A stretch of DNA of 62,983 nt, counting the filler, from Globobulimina sp. (Eukaryota): the NCBI GenBank assembly GCA_003354225.1. It is 55 parts of 55 records of this genome, joined end to end, with 100 filler letters (N's around TTAATTAATTAA, not from the genome) between each part and the next. Parts side by side here need not be neighbours in the genome. Positions count along the whole stretch, not along the records: positions 1 to 1,048 come from PIVH01024874.1; positions 1,149 to 2,196 come from PIVH01024875.1; positions 2,297 to 3,344 come from PIVH01024876.1; positions 3,445 to 4,492 come from PIVH01024877.1; positions 4,593 to 5,640 come from PIVH01024878.1; positions 5,741 to 6,788 come from PIVH01024879.1; positions 6,889 to 7,936 come from PIVH01024880.1; positions 8,037 to 9,084 come from PIVH01024881.1; 47 more parts are not named here. One strand, 5' to 3'. A program made the position numbers and the translations under genes. Positions 1 to 12,274 of this stretch are shown here, in pieces (the first letter of the stretch is position 1; each line of letters begins with the position of its first letter). The notes under the pieces are model-generated. The model was not told where the DNA came from. It did no database searches and saw only the letters and a list, made by a program, of their open reading frames with translations.

Positions 1-242
1 TCACATTTTGACCACTAGGACGTTGACTTGCGGAGGATTTCCGAGGCTCCACCCCTTTTTTACGATAGTGCCAACTATAGCCGTCAAATTGGGGTTTAAT
101 TCTATATGTGATTAAGCGTGTAAATTAAATGGTTGAAGCTGTTTCGCATTTTGGCCGCTAGGGCCCGACTTGTGTGTATGGGTAAACCTGAGAGGGTTTT
201 GGCAGGGCGGCTTTCCCATATAGGTTTTCTATAGGTTTCTAC

Positions 243-1044
243 ATATTTTGTTAGGTTTCCACACGTTTTTCTATGGTTTTGATATGTTTCTGTTGAACAT
301 TGGAAAAGTTGTTCGGTGTTAAAATATAGGCGGATTCTTGACTATCTGCTGGGCTTATACTAACACCTTTATCATTATAACACGTCACGGTTTGATAAAA
401 TAGCTTTATTTATACTATATATGGTATTTGAAATTTTTTGCAAAATGTTATTATTTCCATCATATCGGTGAATTTAGCAAAATCAATATGCACAACAGCT
501 CTGGGTTTTCATTTCCAGAAGCCGCTGTTCAGATTGATCTGAGAGATAGTGTAACCAATCTGTTTTATATATTCTCGTCAATTATGAAACATAAACAAAA
601 CGGGCCACACAGTTGAGTAATGTTTCATAACTGAACGACCCTAGTTTTACATAAAAAGGTTACATTTGCATTCTCTTTCAGCATCTCTGATCGTTATCGG
701 TTATGTATACACGATTATCGATGCATCGGGTTGAAATAGCTTATAGTTTTACAAAAAAATTGTAGCAAACCTGTACCCTTATTACATTCCTACACCGAAT
801 ATTTTGTTAGGTTTCCACACGTTTTTCTATGGTTTTGATATGTTTCTGTTGAACATTGGAATAGTTGTTCGGTGTTAAAATATGGCCGGATTCTTGACTA
901 TTTTACATAAAAAGGTTGCATTTGCATTCTCTTTCAACATCTCTCTGATCGTTATCGGTTATGTATACATGATTATCGATGCATCGGGTTGAAATAGCTT
1001 ATAGTTTTTGCAGCAAACCTGCACCCTTATTACATTCCTACACC
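243..1044 (+). repeat. Direct duplication A-x-B-A'-B'
   Basis: Block A 243-345 recurs at 799-901; block B 645-796 recurs at 901-1044; the ~300-nt spacer is absent from the second copy. Confidence 0.9.
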
Positions 1045-1048
1045 TTTT

Positions 1049-1148
1049 NNNNNNNNNNNNNNNNNNNNNNNNNNNNNNNNNNNNNNNNNNNNTTAATTAA
1101 TTAANNNNNNNNNNNNNNNNNNNNNNNNNNNNNNNNNNNNNNNNNNNN
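1049..1148. other. Artificial contig linker N44-TTAATTAATTAA-N44 (first of about 54, recurring every ~1147 nt)
   Basis: Identical spacer with stops in all six frames, repeated at regular intervals through the window. Confidence 0.99.
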
Positions 1149-1330
1149 AAAGCCCAAACAAAAATCATTGGTTATTTTAGATACATTTAGATAGTGTACA
1201 TGGAATGTGATATATGCCTATATTTGTTTGATTTTTTCACTGTGAAAACACATTTAGGAGATATCACATTTGATGTATACCGTCAATAAACGTGCTTCAT
1301 TCACCTACATACATTATTATTTGTATACAG

Positions 1331-2196
1331 GTTTAAAAATTCTTTGGCTCAAAGCGCACACTCACTCACATTAACATTTGTATCAAGTTTAGCTGCTTTT
1401 TTTACTGGATTTGTTCCAAATATTCCTGCTATTGACTCATTTTGTGCTTTTATGATATATTCGCTGTTTGGACAATATATGTTTCAATTTCTCATCTTTA
1501 TGCCATTGTATGTTATTGATTACAAGCGATGTACTCTTCAACGTAATTTTTGCCTTTTCTGTATCGAGCACAATGCGGATATATTGGTGCATGATGCGCC
1601 TGTGGCTGTAACTGATGATGAAAATATTGAACTAAAAGAAACTACACAAGCCACGGCTGAGAGCAATGATGAAAACGACGAAAATGATGAAAAATCTGAG
1701 GTTTCAGTTGAATTGAACGGCGAAGAAGATGATTGTATTAGAGTTTCGGCACAAAAGTGGTTTGAACAGATCTTGTTCAAAATTAAAATACATTTGCTTT
1801 GGAAGAACAAAATCGTGGCTGTTATTATTACAATTATAGCTTTTGTTGTCTTTGGATTATCAATTTGGGCGAGCTTGATTATTGAATCTGCGATGAAAGT
1901 GGGACAGTCCCGATTATTAATATTTAAATATGATTCAGAGATGGTTGATTATTATGATACATTGGATATTATGTTTCCAAGCAAATATGTGACTGATTCT
2001 CATTTTATGATACAAAATATTGATATTTCTGACACAAAACGAAGAAATGATGTGTTAAATTATACGATGCAGTTAAATGCTATGGATGAAGATGTAATTA
2101 TTACAGCGGTGGATGAATGGATCACAAACTATGACAATTGGTTACAGACAGTGTATAGTATGAGCATTGATGAGATATTTTATAATGAAGAATTTT
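1331..2196 (+). CDS. Patched/NPC1-family sterol-sensing-domain membrane protein (internal exon, partial)
   Basis: SLTLTFVSSLAAFFTG..IPAIDSFC...QFLIFMPLYVIDYKR resembles SSD helices; acceptor tatacag ends at 1330. Confidence 0.8.
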
Positions 2197-2434
2197 NNNN
2201 NNNNNNNNNNNNNNNNNNNNNNNNNNNNNNNNNNNNNNNNTTAATTAATTAANNNNNNNNNNNNNNNNNNNNNNNNNNNNNNNNNNNNNNNNNNNNCATT
2301 TGCCGACCATCTCCGTCATGTGAGCTCTCCAATTAGTTACAACATTGGTTGTGTCCGGATAATTCTCCACAAATATCTCCGGATTTAACAAAAAATATTC
2401 TTTCTTGACCCATATTCTTTCTCGCTTTCATCTT

Positions 2435-3232
2435 TCATAAATTATTTAGATACTGATAATAATACAATCCAACACAGCAAATATCTTCAAACAATCCATC
2501 TTTATGCAGCCCACCAACATAAATGTCCTCTTTCCCAATAATATAATCTTGCGACTTTACAATACATTGAATTGGAATATTGTTAAGTTTCACACCCAAA
2601 GTATTCTCAAACAAGGGCAACATTTTCATAAACACTTTCTTTATGCCATTATAAACAGCCTTAAATCTATACGGATCTAAATTTGGTATCTCAGACATTG
2701 TACACTCAGTTTCATTCACTTCAAATCGCGTCGCAATCCATTTATGATAATTATAGGCTTTGTCCATAAATCCATGTTTATTATTTGCAAATATAGACAA
2801 ATTCTTGGATGGATTAATTAAATCGTGCACTTTACCTCTATTCGCACCATAAAATCGAAAATCGTTCTTAATCGACATTTCCTTCAATTGAAAATTGTTC
2901 ATTTCATGTTGAAATTGTTTTTGTTCGTCAGTTTCTAACAAAGAATCTGAAAATTGTCCTATAATTCGAGGGAATGACACAGCGCGAATTATATTTTCTT
3001 CATAAATTCCACACTCATCATCGCCTTCATCATCATCATAATATGTTGTTTTCATAAAATATACAATTTTTCCTCTGTTTTTTAATTTTCTTCGTGCTTG
3101 AAATGCGTCAAATTCCTCAGCTTTCATAAATTTAGAATTAAATTGTTCAATACGTTTAATGTCATTTGATGAACATAATGAAAATGCATTATACGCTTTT
3201 ATCATTAATGTAAATGGATTATACGCATTCAA
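2435..3232 (-). CDS. DUF4246-like protein (putative 2OG-Fe(II)-type fold), partial
   Basis: VHDLINPS, KWIATRF, IPNLDP, IQCIVK...YVGGLHKDG...ICCVGLYYY follow the DUF4246 motif order. Confidence 0.7.
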   Translation of the reverse strand: MNAYNPFTLMIKAYNAFSLCSSNDIKRIEQFNSKFMKAEEFDAFQARRKLKNRGKIVYFMKTTYYDDDEGDDECGIYEENIIRAVSFPRIIGQFSDSLLETDEQKQFQHEMNNFQLKEMSIKNDFRFYGANRGKVHDLINPSKNLSIFANNKHGFMDKAYNYHKWIATRFEVNETECTMSEIPNLDPYRFKAVYNGIKKVFMKMLPLFENTLGVKLNNIPIQCIVKSQDYIIGKEDIYVGGLHKDGLFEDICCVGLYYYQYLNNL

Positions 3233-4592
3233 TATTTCGCGTTGTACTGTTTTTAAATATTTACACTTCTTTGAATATGTGTGAGAGTGTTTCTGTTTTG
3301 ATTTGAAATAAGAAAACTGGTCGATAGTGGTTTGAAGGAGAACANNNNNNNNNNNNNNNNNNNNNNNNNNNNNNNNNNNNNNNNNNNNTTAATTAATTAA
3401 NNNNNNNNNNNNNNNNNNNNNNNNNNNNNNNNNNNNNNNNNNNNTGACAAAAATTTCAAAATAATTTTCCGATAAAATATGCTTTAAAACTGATCTATTT
3501 CATCTAAAAAGATCAGTTTTGGCTTTAAACTGTTATTTAGAGTGTTATCTAAACAATACTAAGAATTGAGCGATTTTGAAAATACACTCGAAAATTTAGA
3601 GATTTTTTTGTAAGGGTGGGCCAAGCCGAGCCTTGGAAATTGATCTGGTGGGCCGGGCTGGGCCATCCGTTTCAAAGTTATTTCTGGTTGGGCCAAGAAA
3701 GTGAAAAAACGGGATGGGCCAGGCCGCGAAAAATCGGCCCATTCTCATCTCTAATATGCAGTCCACCCAGCAGAGAAGGGCGCGCCTTGGCCAATTTTCA
3801 AGCTAGGTAACATTCATGGAGCAGAATCCATAGACAATTTGACCAAAACAGCTGCAAAAGAAAAATCAGCAAAAAGCTAATTTATAAGCTAAAAACGTGG
3901 ATTGGGACATCTGTTATGTGGGCTGTTATTTTTGGTGTGGGATTGCAGGTGGGGCAGAAAAGGCAGTTCTGGAAAATTTTGAAATTTTCAGGCCAAAAAT
4001 TCGGACTGTTGAAACACCTCCCAAATTTTTCCAAGTGGGTTCCCAGAAAATTCCCAAAATCGCGGCCACCTTCGTAAGCATGGCACGGGATGGGATGAAT
4101 GGATTTCAGATAGGAATGTGGAGAAAAATTAGACTGTACTATAGTTATATAAAAACTAGACCTGAGTGTTCAAGTAAGTACAATAATAATATACATGTGT
4201 TCTCTTTGTAGGTACTACTGTATCACCATCCCCCAATAGCCATGGCACATTATGATGGTGAACTTGTGCTAGATGATCAAGACAGAAGTGATGACCGACC
4301 GACCGAAGAAATGATGATGATGATAAAGACAATAATGAAGATTAAGTTTTATATATTTTGTTTGACAGTCAAATATCGGCTAAATTTGAAAATGAAATTA
4401 ACTAAGAAATGGGTTGAGAAAGGAGTATAAGTCCATGAGTACCTTGAAATTCTTGCAAAAAGCAGTTTAGTGATGAATAGCAGTCTGCGGTTNNNNNNNN
4501 NNNNNNNNNNNNNNNNNNNNNNNNNNNNNNNNNNNNTTAATTAATTAANNNNNNNNNNNNNNNNNNNNNNNNNNNNNNNNNNNNNNNNNNNN

Positions 4593-5640
4593 TTTCAGAT
4601 ATATTTGTATTTCTTCATCATTATATTTGTCAAATGCTTGACACGCAGCATATTGAATGGGTGCAGAGACACAAGTATGTGTCTCTGACGATGCAATGAA
4701 TACTGCGTCAAATAGCCATTGCATTTCCGCCGGAAATATCATAAAACCCAAACGCCAGCCACCAGCTCCCAATGATTTGCTTAAACCATTTGTAATTATT
4801 GTATTGGACGGATATAAATCATACATTGAATAGTAACTGTCATTAGCACTCGTATTATGATATAAATCACCATATATCTCATCTGATAATACATATACAC
4901 CATATTTATTGCAAACCGTTGCTAATTCTGCTAATTCTTCAAATGTATATTTTATACCTGTCGGATTTGACGGTGAGTTAAGAATTAGTAAGCGTTGTGT
5001 CTGTGTATTATGACGTAAATATGTATCTAAATCATTGGGTGATATTTTATACGATGATTGATAGGAAGTGTTGACCCAAACGACCTGCTTACCGAGCATT
5101 TGTGATTGAGGATTGTATGAGACCCAGGACGGTGATGGTAATAATATTTCACAGCTTTTACTGAGTGCTAGTTTCAATAAAAAAAAAGCTTGTTTCGTAC
5201 CAGGTGTTATTATTATCCGTTGTGGTGTGATATCTTTGTTGCTGTTTAATATGTTGCTATTATAATGATTTGAGATTGATTCGCGTAATTTATATAAGCC
5301 TTGTACTGGCAAATAATCTTTGACATCTGCATATTGTATTAGTTTATTTACTAAACATTTTGGAACGGGCATTGGACTTTGACCTAAATATTTATATATG
5401 ACAAATCAGTATTTATCTGAAACAAAATGGGGGTTTATATTATGTACCAAAACCGAATTTGTAGACATTGCGTGCTTCGTATTGTAATAGGTTTTGCATT
5501 TCATTTATACATAATGTTGGACTCATAGCTAAACCATTGAAATTTACATTTGGTTGATTCCAACCATTAAATCCGTTGAATTGGGGTTGTGGATTTGAAG
5601 TATGATGACTGGTAATTTCAACAGGAACAGATGCATATGT
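4593..5640 (-). CDS. PLP-dependent class I/II (aspartate-type) aminotransferase, partial; intron 5384-5447
   Basis: Spliced VYKFGF|GQSPMPVP; PSWVSY, NSPSNPTG, SDEIY, GLSKSLGAGGWRLG (PLP lysine). Confidence 0.92.
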
Positions 5641-5740
5641 NNNNNNNNNNNNNNNNNNNNNNNNNNNNNNNNNNNNNNNNNNNNTTAATTAATTAANNNN
5701 NNNNNNNNNNNNNNNNNNNNNNNNNNNNNNNNNNNNNNNN

Positions 5741-6383
5741 TTGTTGGATTTGATGTTGGATTTTCTGTTGGAAACGTTGTAGGATTTTTTGTCGGAGATT
5801 TTGTAGGAGGCACAGTTGGATATTTTGTAGGGAATTTTGTGGGATATTTTGTAGGAGCACTAGTTGTTGGGGCGGATGTTGTGGTGCAAAATAAAAATTC
5901 ATTGCATGAGGAACCACAGGTTGTGCTTACTATACTTGTATCTGTTGGGGAATCCGCACAACAACATAAATTATGCCAATATATTTTAAATAATTGTGAT
6001 ACACCATCAGTGCCAGTACTATCGAACCGAAATGACGATTCACTACCTCCACCACCCACTGTTCCTGCTTTACATGAGCCTGACATCGATTTAAAAAACA
6101 ATCCTGTTTCTTCGTGTTGAAATTGACGATATGTCGCTCCTTTTGGTGAACTTAAGACTTTAAATGTAACATTTTGGGAATATGACACATTTTGTGATAA
6201 TAAGGAACCGCCAGAAATAGTCATGTATCCGCCAGAAACATCATTGCGTTTAATTGCGACAATATCACCAGCATTTAAATCGTTAAAATCTACATTTATC
6301 AATCCTGCTTCACCACAATTTGCGTAAATCGTATTTATAAATATTAATAATAAAACAGATATTCGCTGTCCGAGGGTTGACAT
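5741..6383 (-). CDS. Secreted protein with Cys-rich region and PTxxPT mucin-like repeats (partial)
   Basis: N-terminal hydrophobic signal; PTKYPTKFPTKYPTVPPTKSPT repeats. Confidence 0.8.
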
Positions 6384-6426
6384 GGTTCAAACAGACAAAA
6401 TATTCTTATAAAAACACTACTAAATA

Positions 6427-6788
6427 ATGGGCGCTATGTTTCCAAGGCCAAGCGATCCCGATAACGGTCAAAACAATGACTTGCAACAATTACCACTTGT
6501 TTACACCTCAAATTACAACATCGGATTTATGAAATTGGAATTATTGCATCCCTTCGATTCACGTAAATATGAAAAAATTTACAACGCACTAATTAAATCA
6601 AGAAGAGTGAACTCGATGCAATTTATTGAACCAACAGAATGTGATCAACATACATTAAAATTAGTTCATACCCAATCATATTTGGACACATTAAAAGATT
6701 CAAATGTCGTAGCAAACCTTGTGGAAGTACCACCAGTCAGTTTTTTACATCATAAATTAGTTCAAAAATATTTATTATCTCCGATGCG
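6427..6788 (+). CDS. HDAC11: Class IV histone deacetylase (HDAC11-like), 5' part
   Basis: LPLVYTSNYNIGFMKLELLHPFDSRKY and VHTQSYL match the HDAC11 N-terminus. Confidence 0.88.
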
Positions 6789-6888
6789 NNNNNNNNNNNN
6801 NNNNNNNNNNNNNNNNNNNNNNNNNNNNNNNNTTAATTAATTAANNNNNNNNNNNNNNNNNNNNNNNNNNNNNNNNNNNNNNNNNNNN

Positions 6889-7936
6889 CAAGGTATTTGG
6901 TCAAAAGTCGATCGCTCAGACTGGGTGCATGCTATGGTTACTGTTGATAAGCCGGACGGTGGAGTTCGCATCACTACAGATTTGTCCCCGCTGAACAAAT
7001 ATGTGATTCCTAGTCGATATCCTCTACCAAACGTCCGCGATTTGTTTCTCAAACTTGGCCACTCAAGGATCCACACAAAACTTGATCTATACAAGGGATA
7101 CTTTAATGGTAAAGTCCATCCAGACAGTCGTTTACTCACAACTACTTTGACTCCAAAAGGTATGTACGCCTACAACAGGTTGCCTATGGGATTAGTGGAT
7201 TCTGCCGCAGTTTTCCACAAAATGATCGCTCAGATGCTTGCCGATTGCCCTGGTTGTGAGCCATACATGGACGACATCATTGTCTATGGAAAAACTCAAG
7301 AGGAACATGACCGTAACCTCCGGATGGTGTTACAAAAACTTCATGATAAGAATTTGCGACTTAACATCAAAAAGTGCATTTTTCGGGCAGCTGAAGTTCC
7401 GTTTCTTGGTCATCTCATCTCACATGAAGGTATCAAGCCCGACCCAAAGAACTTGCAGCCTATTCGTGATTTTGAAACACCTAAAACCTTGAAACAAGTC
7501 CAAAGTTTCTTGGGTATGCTCAATTATTATAGTCCTTTTCTGCCCGATCTCGCAGCGCTCACCGAACCGCTTCGTGCCCTCACTCGCAAGGATATTACAT
7601 TTGTTTGGACTGCTGACTGTTCAAAGGCCTTCGAAACACTGAAGAAGTTAGTCTGCACCGAACTCAAACTCGCCATTTTCGACGCCGATTGCCCTACTTT
7701 TCTTTCAGTAGATGCATCTGATGTTGGCATCGGTGGTGTCCTGTCACAAGTACAGCATGGTCGAGAAATTCCTATTGCGTTTGATCATCATACCTTAGAT
7801 GCCAGAAAACGTGGTATGGCAGTTAACAAAAAAGAGGGTTTTGGCACTGTTTACTTTACAGAATATTGGGAGAAATTTTTACTTGGACATCACTTCACAT
7901 TACGCACTGATCATCAACCATTGATCACCATGCTCA
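6889..7936 (+). mobile_element. Ty3/Gypsy LTR retrotransposon pol fragment (RT + RNase H)
   Basis: KLDLYKGY, RLPMGL, YMDDII, FLGH, VQSFLGMLNYY, VDASDVGIG, RTDHQPL. Confidence 0.95.
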
Positions 7937-8235
7937 NNNNNNNNNNNNNNNNNNNNNNNNNNNNNNNNNNNNNNNNNNNNTTAATTAATTAANNNNNNNN
8001 NNNNNNNNNNNNNNNNNNNNNNNNNNNNNNNNNNNNGCAGAGGTTAATTCAAAACGAACTAATCTTTCGCCTTTTACTAAAGGTTACCGTGGATTGGCCT
8101 CGCGAATGCAATTTATTTCAATTTATGCAAATGAATCTTCTTTGGAAGGTTCACAATATTACCATATCTTTCGCCTTTTGAAAATAAATAAATAAAATAA
8201 AATAAAATAAAAAAACATGATTATAGCTATATTCA

Positions 8236-8832
8236 TCATTTCCAGTGTATAAATTCTGTAAAATGGTGCCATTTCTGGTTCTTGCAAACTAATGTTTTAT
8301 TTTTAAAATCAATGTTTCCTTCGACCCAAATACATGTATCCCAATGTCCAGACAGATGTTTATCATCCTCATCTAAATGGAAATATTCGCCATACGGTTC
8401 GGTCACTAATTTTGAAATTGAATTTGTTTTCGTGTCAAATGTTCCTTGCATTGAATAATACGTTTCTTTTTCTTTCAAATGGCCAGAAATGTTTCCATTT
8501 TCCATATCAAATATTATCTGTCCCTCATAAATGGCGGTCTTATGGTTTGCCGAATTATTTTCGTATCCCGTAAATGAATGTGTCTTTATAAATTTATCAT
8601 CTTTCTGATTTTCAATGTTGTTTGATTGCAGCATATGATCCAATTTCTGCATATGTTTCAACACCAATACTTTCAATTCATTATTTAAAGGATGTGCTAT
8701 CAAAGACATCAAATGTTTACACTCAGATACAGCATTGATAACAGATCCATTGAGCTTCAATGTGCTTTCCTGTCCGTCAAAAGCAATTGGTGTTGGGTAT
8801 ATTCTCTTTGCTTCTTTTTTTTCAGCAGTCAT
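8236..8832 (-). CDS. Hypothetical protein (198 aa)
   Basis: Complete ATG-to-stop ORF with coding-like composition; no motif recognised. Confidence 0.55.
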   Translation of the reverse strand: MTAEKKEAKRIYPTPIAFDGQESTLKLNGSVINAVSECKHLMSLIAHPLNNELKVLVLKHMQKLDHMLQSNNIENQKDDKFIKTHSFTGYENNSANHKTAIYEGQIIFDMENGNISGHLKEKETYYSMQGTFDTKTNSISKLVTEPYGEYFHLDEDDKHLSGHWDTCIWVEGNIDFKNKTLVCKNQKWHHFTEFIHWK

Positions 8833-9203
8833 CCAAATCTAACTGAAAGAGTGAAGCCACTAACAGTAATAATGAATGTCGAACCACCTTTCAATTCAGT
8901 CGTTAGAATAAACAGTTCGTGCACTATTTACAAGCAAATAACAAAGTCATTCCGACCTATTACTATTAAGCACAGGAATGCTCACAAAAGCAGCAAATCA
9001 ACACATACTAAAACGAGTCATTCGTTCTCGCCACGACGTATCGTCAAACATCAAATATTGCGGGATTTATTGAATTCTTTGCTTNNNNNNNNNNNNNNNN
9101 NNNNNNNNNNNNNNNNNNNNNNNNNNNNTTAATTAATTAANNNNNNNNNNNNNNNNNNNNNNNNNNNNNNNNNNNNNNNNNNNNAACAGCGAGAACAATT
9201 ACA

Positions 9204-9900
9204 TTAATAAAACCAAACATCAGAATCCACATTAAGTGAGCCAATATTCCCGCCCATAAAATATAATTCATTGTCATCATCGCCTGCTCCAAACACAGTG
9301 AAATAATCATAAACCGGTCGATGACATATGTTTGCATTTCGATGCGGCCATAATGATAAATATAAACTGCTGCGCTTAAATAGATTTTCTTCCTGTGTGC
9401 CACCTTCAGACCTTTGATTTGTCGCTGCAGCGGGCGCTTCCTGATTGGCCAAATTTAATACAATGGGATTATAGCCGGCTTTCTTCAGTTTAATACCACC
9501 GATAATACAGTCCATATTCATTGTACCTATTTCCATCTGATTGAGATACGGTGCGGCACCATCTGTACATACTGCTTTTGGTGGATTGTTATCACTGTAA
9601 AATGTGCAATGTTCCAATTCGTTTCTGATTTCCATTGGGAAATTATATACATTGGTTATCAAATGGACGGTTTGATGTTGAATTAAATTCTATGTTCGGT
9701 ATTTTGTAAAAATGAAAGAGTATTATAGAGATATTACATACCCACAGTTTTACTCTTTGTGTCCATTGATTATATTTCTTACAATCGACATAAATTGATT
9801 TCCAGATAGCATGTTTATGAGGTATTTGAGCTAATAATTTTAATTCCGACTGTCTCGTCATTACATCGGTTAAAAATTGATAAAAATCGTTTTCATTCAA
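9204..9900 (-). CDS. Microbial-type poly(ADP-ribose) glycohydrolase (TIGR02452/DUF2263-like); intron 9690-9741
   Basis: IVLNLAN...GGTQEENLFKRSSLYLSL contains the PARG QEE signature; a GT-AG intron joins RVKLW|NLIQHQ in frame. Confidence 0.82.
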
Positions 9901-11282
9901 ATTGATACCAAGTTTTTTGAGTATTTTCTTATCGATTTGTGTTTCTAATTTGATTAAATCTTTTTCTATGAAGTAATCGTATAATATATTTTCTAATTTA
10001 TTTCTTTCATCTAATACATGTACAGTGGACTGTGTTGAGTATAGTTTTTAGGCGAAAGTAATAGAAATACCTTTGTCGAATGTAGGCGTTTCGTCAATCA
10101 CTTTATATTCAATGCCATTATCTTCTCTGTGTTTTTGTTTTTGAAATAGAATAACAATTGAATTATTTAACATTTTTTATATAGTATAACTCGTTCTTTT
10201 TTTCATCCAATTCATTTTTTGGTGGAGCCACCNNNNNNNNNNNNNNNNNNNNNNNNNNNNNNNNNNNNNNNNNNNNTTAATTAATTAANNNNNNNNNNNN
10301 NNNNNNNNNNNNNNNNNNNNNNNNNNNNNNNNCCATATCCACCGCAACAACATCATGGCCATATCATCAGAATCTTCGTCAGACAGTGCAGAGAGTGATG
10401 ATTCGTCGGACGACGCAAATAACGCATTTTTTGCTGGCAATGAGGCGATGGATAATAATAACAATGAATTGTCAGAGCATGGCACATATTCATTAAGTTT
10501 GCGTTTTAGTGATTTTGCATTGGTAAATATCTGGTTTTTAATGTGTGTGATTTGTGTGATTTGTGTGCTTAATGTCATTGTTTGTTGTGTTTATCATAAA
10601 AAGAAGACAAATTGTTATTAATTGAATTATTTTTTTTCTTATTATTTCTATTAATTTATTATTTTTTTTTCTGTGTTAAATTGTCATTTAAAAACATTTA
10701 ATTCAACATTTAACTTTTTACCTTTTTGCAAATTAATTGGTACAAAGACAGACGTTCTATTTTAAGGTTTGCCGTCCGTATTTCTGGTTTCTTGCCATAT
10801 CTTATCTTATTTTGCTTTCTTGCAGACAATCGACATAAAATCATATAAAATAAAGTACTGCCTTTCATCAACGGCGCTGATAAAGTTTTCAAAGTGTTTC
10901 TAGTTTGTAAGTTATATACGGTTTGACAGTGTTGTCGGAATTCGAAGTATCTGCATTTTTCATTCATTAATATTTACATTGGTGACAGGTCCATGATTTT
11001 TCACTTTCGTTGTCGTTGGGATTGGATTGGAATATGATTCGAGTAATAATATGTAAATATATAATATAATATACGATGCATTATAATGAGCAAAAAACTG
11101 AAGAAGAACAATTGCTATTACACCAATTGCAAGCGTATGCGACGACATTTGCCAATGAAACTAAACTGTACGTTATATTATCAATATTTTTTACTGTGCA
11201 ATGGCATACCGATTCTTTTTGACATTATGTATGAATAAATGTGCACTTATATTAAATATGGATAATGATCAATAAAATGGAG

Positions 11283-11313
11283 ACGATATGATATGATATG
11301 ATATGATATGATG
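11283..11313 (+). repeat. (GATAT)n microsatellite
   Basis: About five tandem GATAT units. Confidence 0.85.
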
Positions 11314-11582
11314 TCCCAAATGGCACAGTCGAGGGAGGTCATTGTATACCAATTAATTCATAGTCATTCATAGTTTAATTNNNNNNNNNNNNNNNNNNNN
11401 NNNNNNNNNNNNNNNNNNNNNNNNTTAATTAATTAANNNNNNNNNNNNNNNNNNNNNNNNNNNNNNNNNNNNNNNNNNNNAGAATAACACAAAAAAATAA
11501 TTACAATTAAAACGTTTTACATGCAGTACAAAATGGTGGTGGAGGCCTATGGCAATTGGTTTGGGTGATCAATCCATATAAC

Positions 11583-12274
11583 TCAGTCGTTTTTGCATAA
11601 TTCTTGTTTTACATCTGATAGTAATTTAACATTCTTTTCGTCCATTGATTTCCAAAATTTTGTACCTCTGCCCCATGCAATCCCAAATCCCACCCAAAAA
11701 ACAACACATATAATGCCCATTATAACCCCCATAGACACAGGCAATGTGGCGAATGCATTCGCTACGATTCCGATTAACGTACAAATGAGTGTAAGAGCCA
11801 ATAAATAATCCGGTGAATCAATATAATCATAATGAGCCATTACAAATCTTAATAAATCTGCATCGCGTGCTATAAATGCACCTAATAACGCTATTTGATG
11901 GGTGGCGACAGCAACGCATACAACAGCACTGCAAATGGCAATGGTCCAACAAACTGAATATGTACAATGTCAACATTTGTACATGTATAATAGACACATT
12001 TGTTTTTGATATAAACGTAACTAATTGCAATGTATAAACATATTTCTTCAAAATCACCGTCATCCGCCAATGGGGGTGCAATGACAAATGGATATAACAT
12101 GCCAGCTACCAAAGCACCAACAACTCCCATAGTTGCTGCTCTTTCACGTAAACTATTTGATAAGGTACTCACTCCATAATTAATGGCAATTGCTCCATAC
12201 ACCTGATGGTGTGTTTCAACCAATTCATACGCTAATCTTAAGATTTCTTGTTCATCATCAAGTTTATGCAACAT
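11583..12274 (-). CDS. Multi-pass membrane protein, probably one intron (~11955-12021)
   Basis: Two hydrophobic ORFs in different frames joinable through gttacg...ttcag. Confidence 0.55.

Noticed and set aside
1049-1148. Regularly spaced TTAATTAATTAA as a biological repeat array
   Set aside because: Artificial linker embedded in N runs
3616-4211. ORFs over GGGCC-rich sequence
   Set aside because: No protein motif; probably non-coding repeat DNA whose ends I could not define
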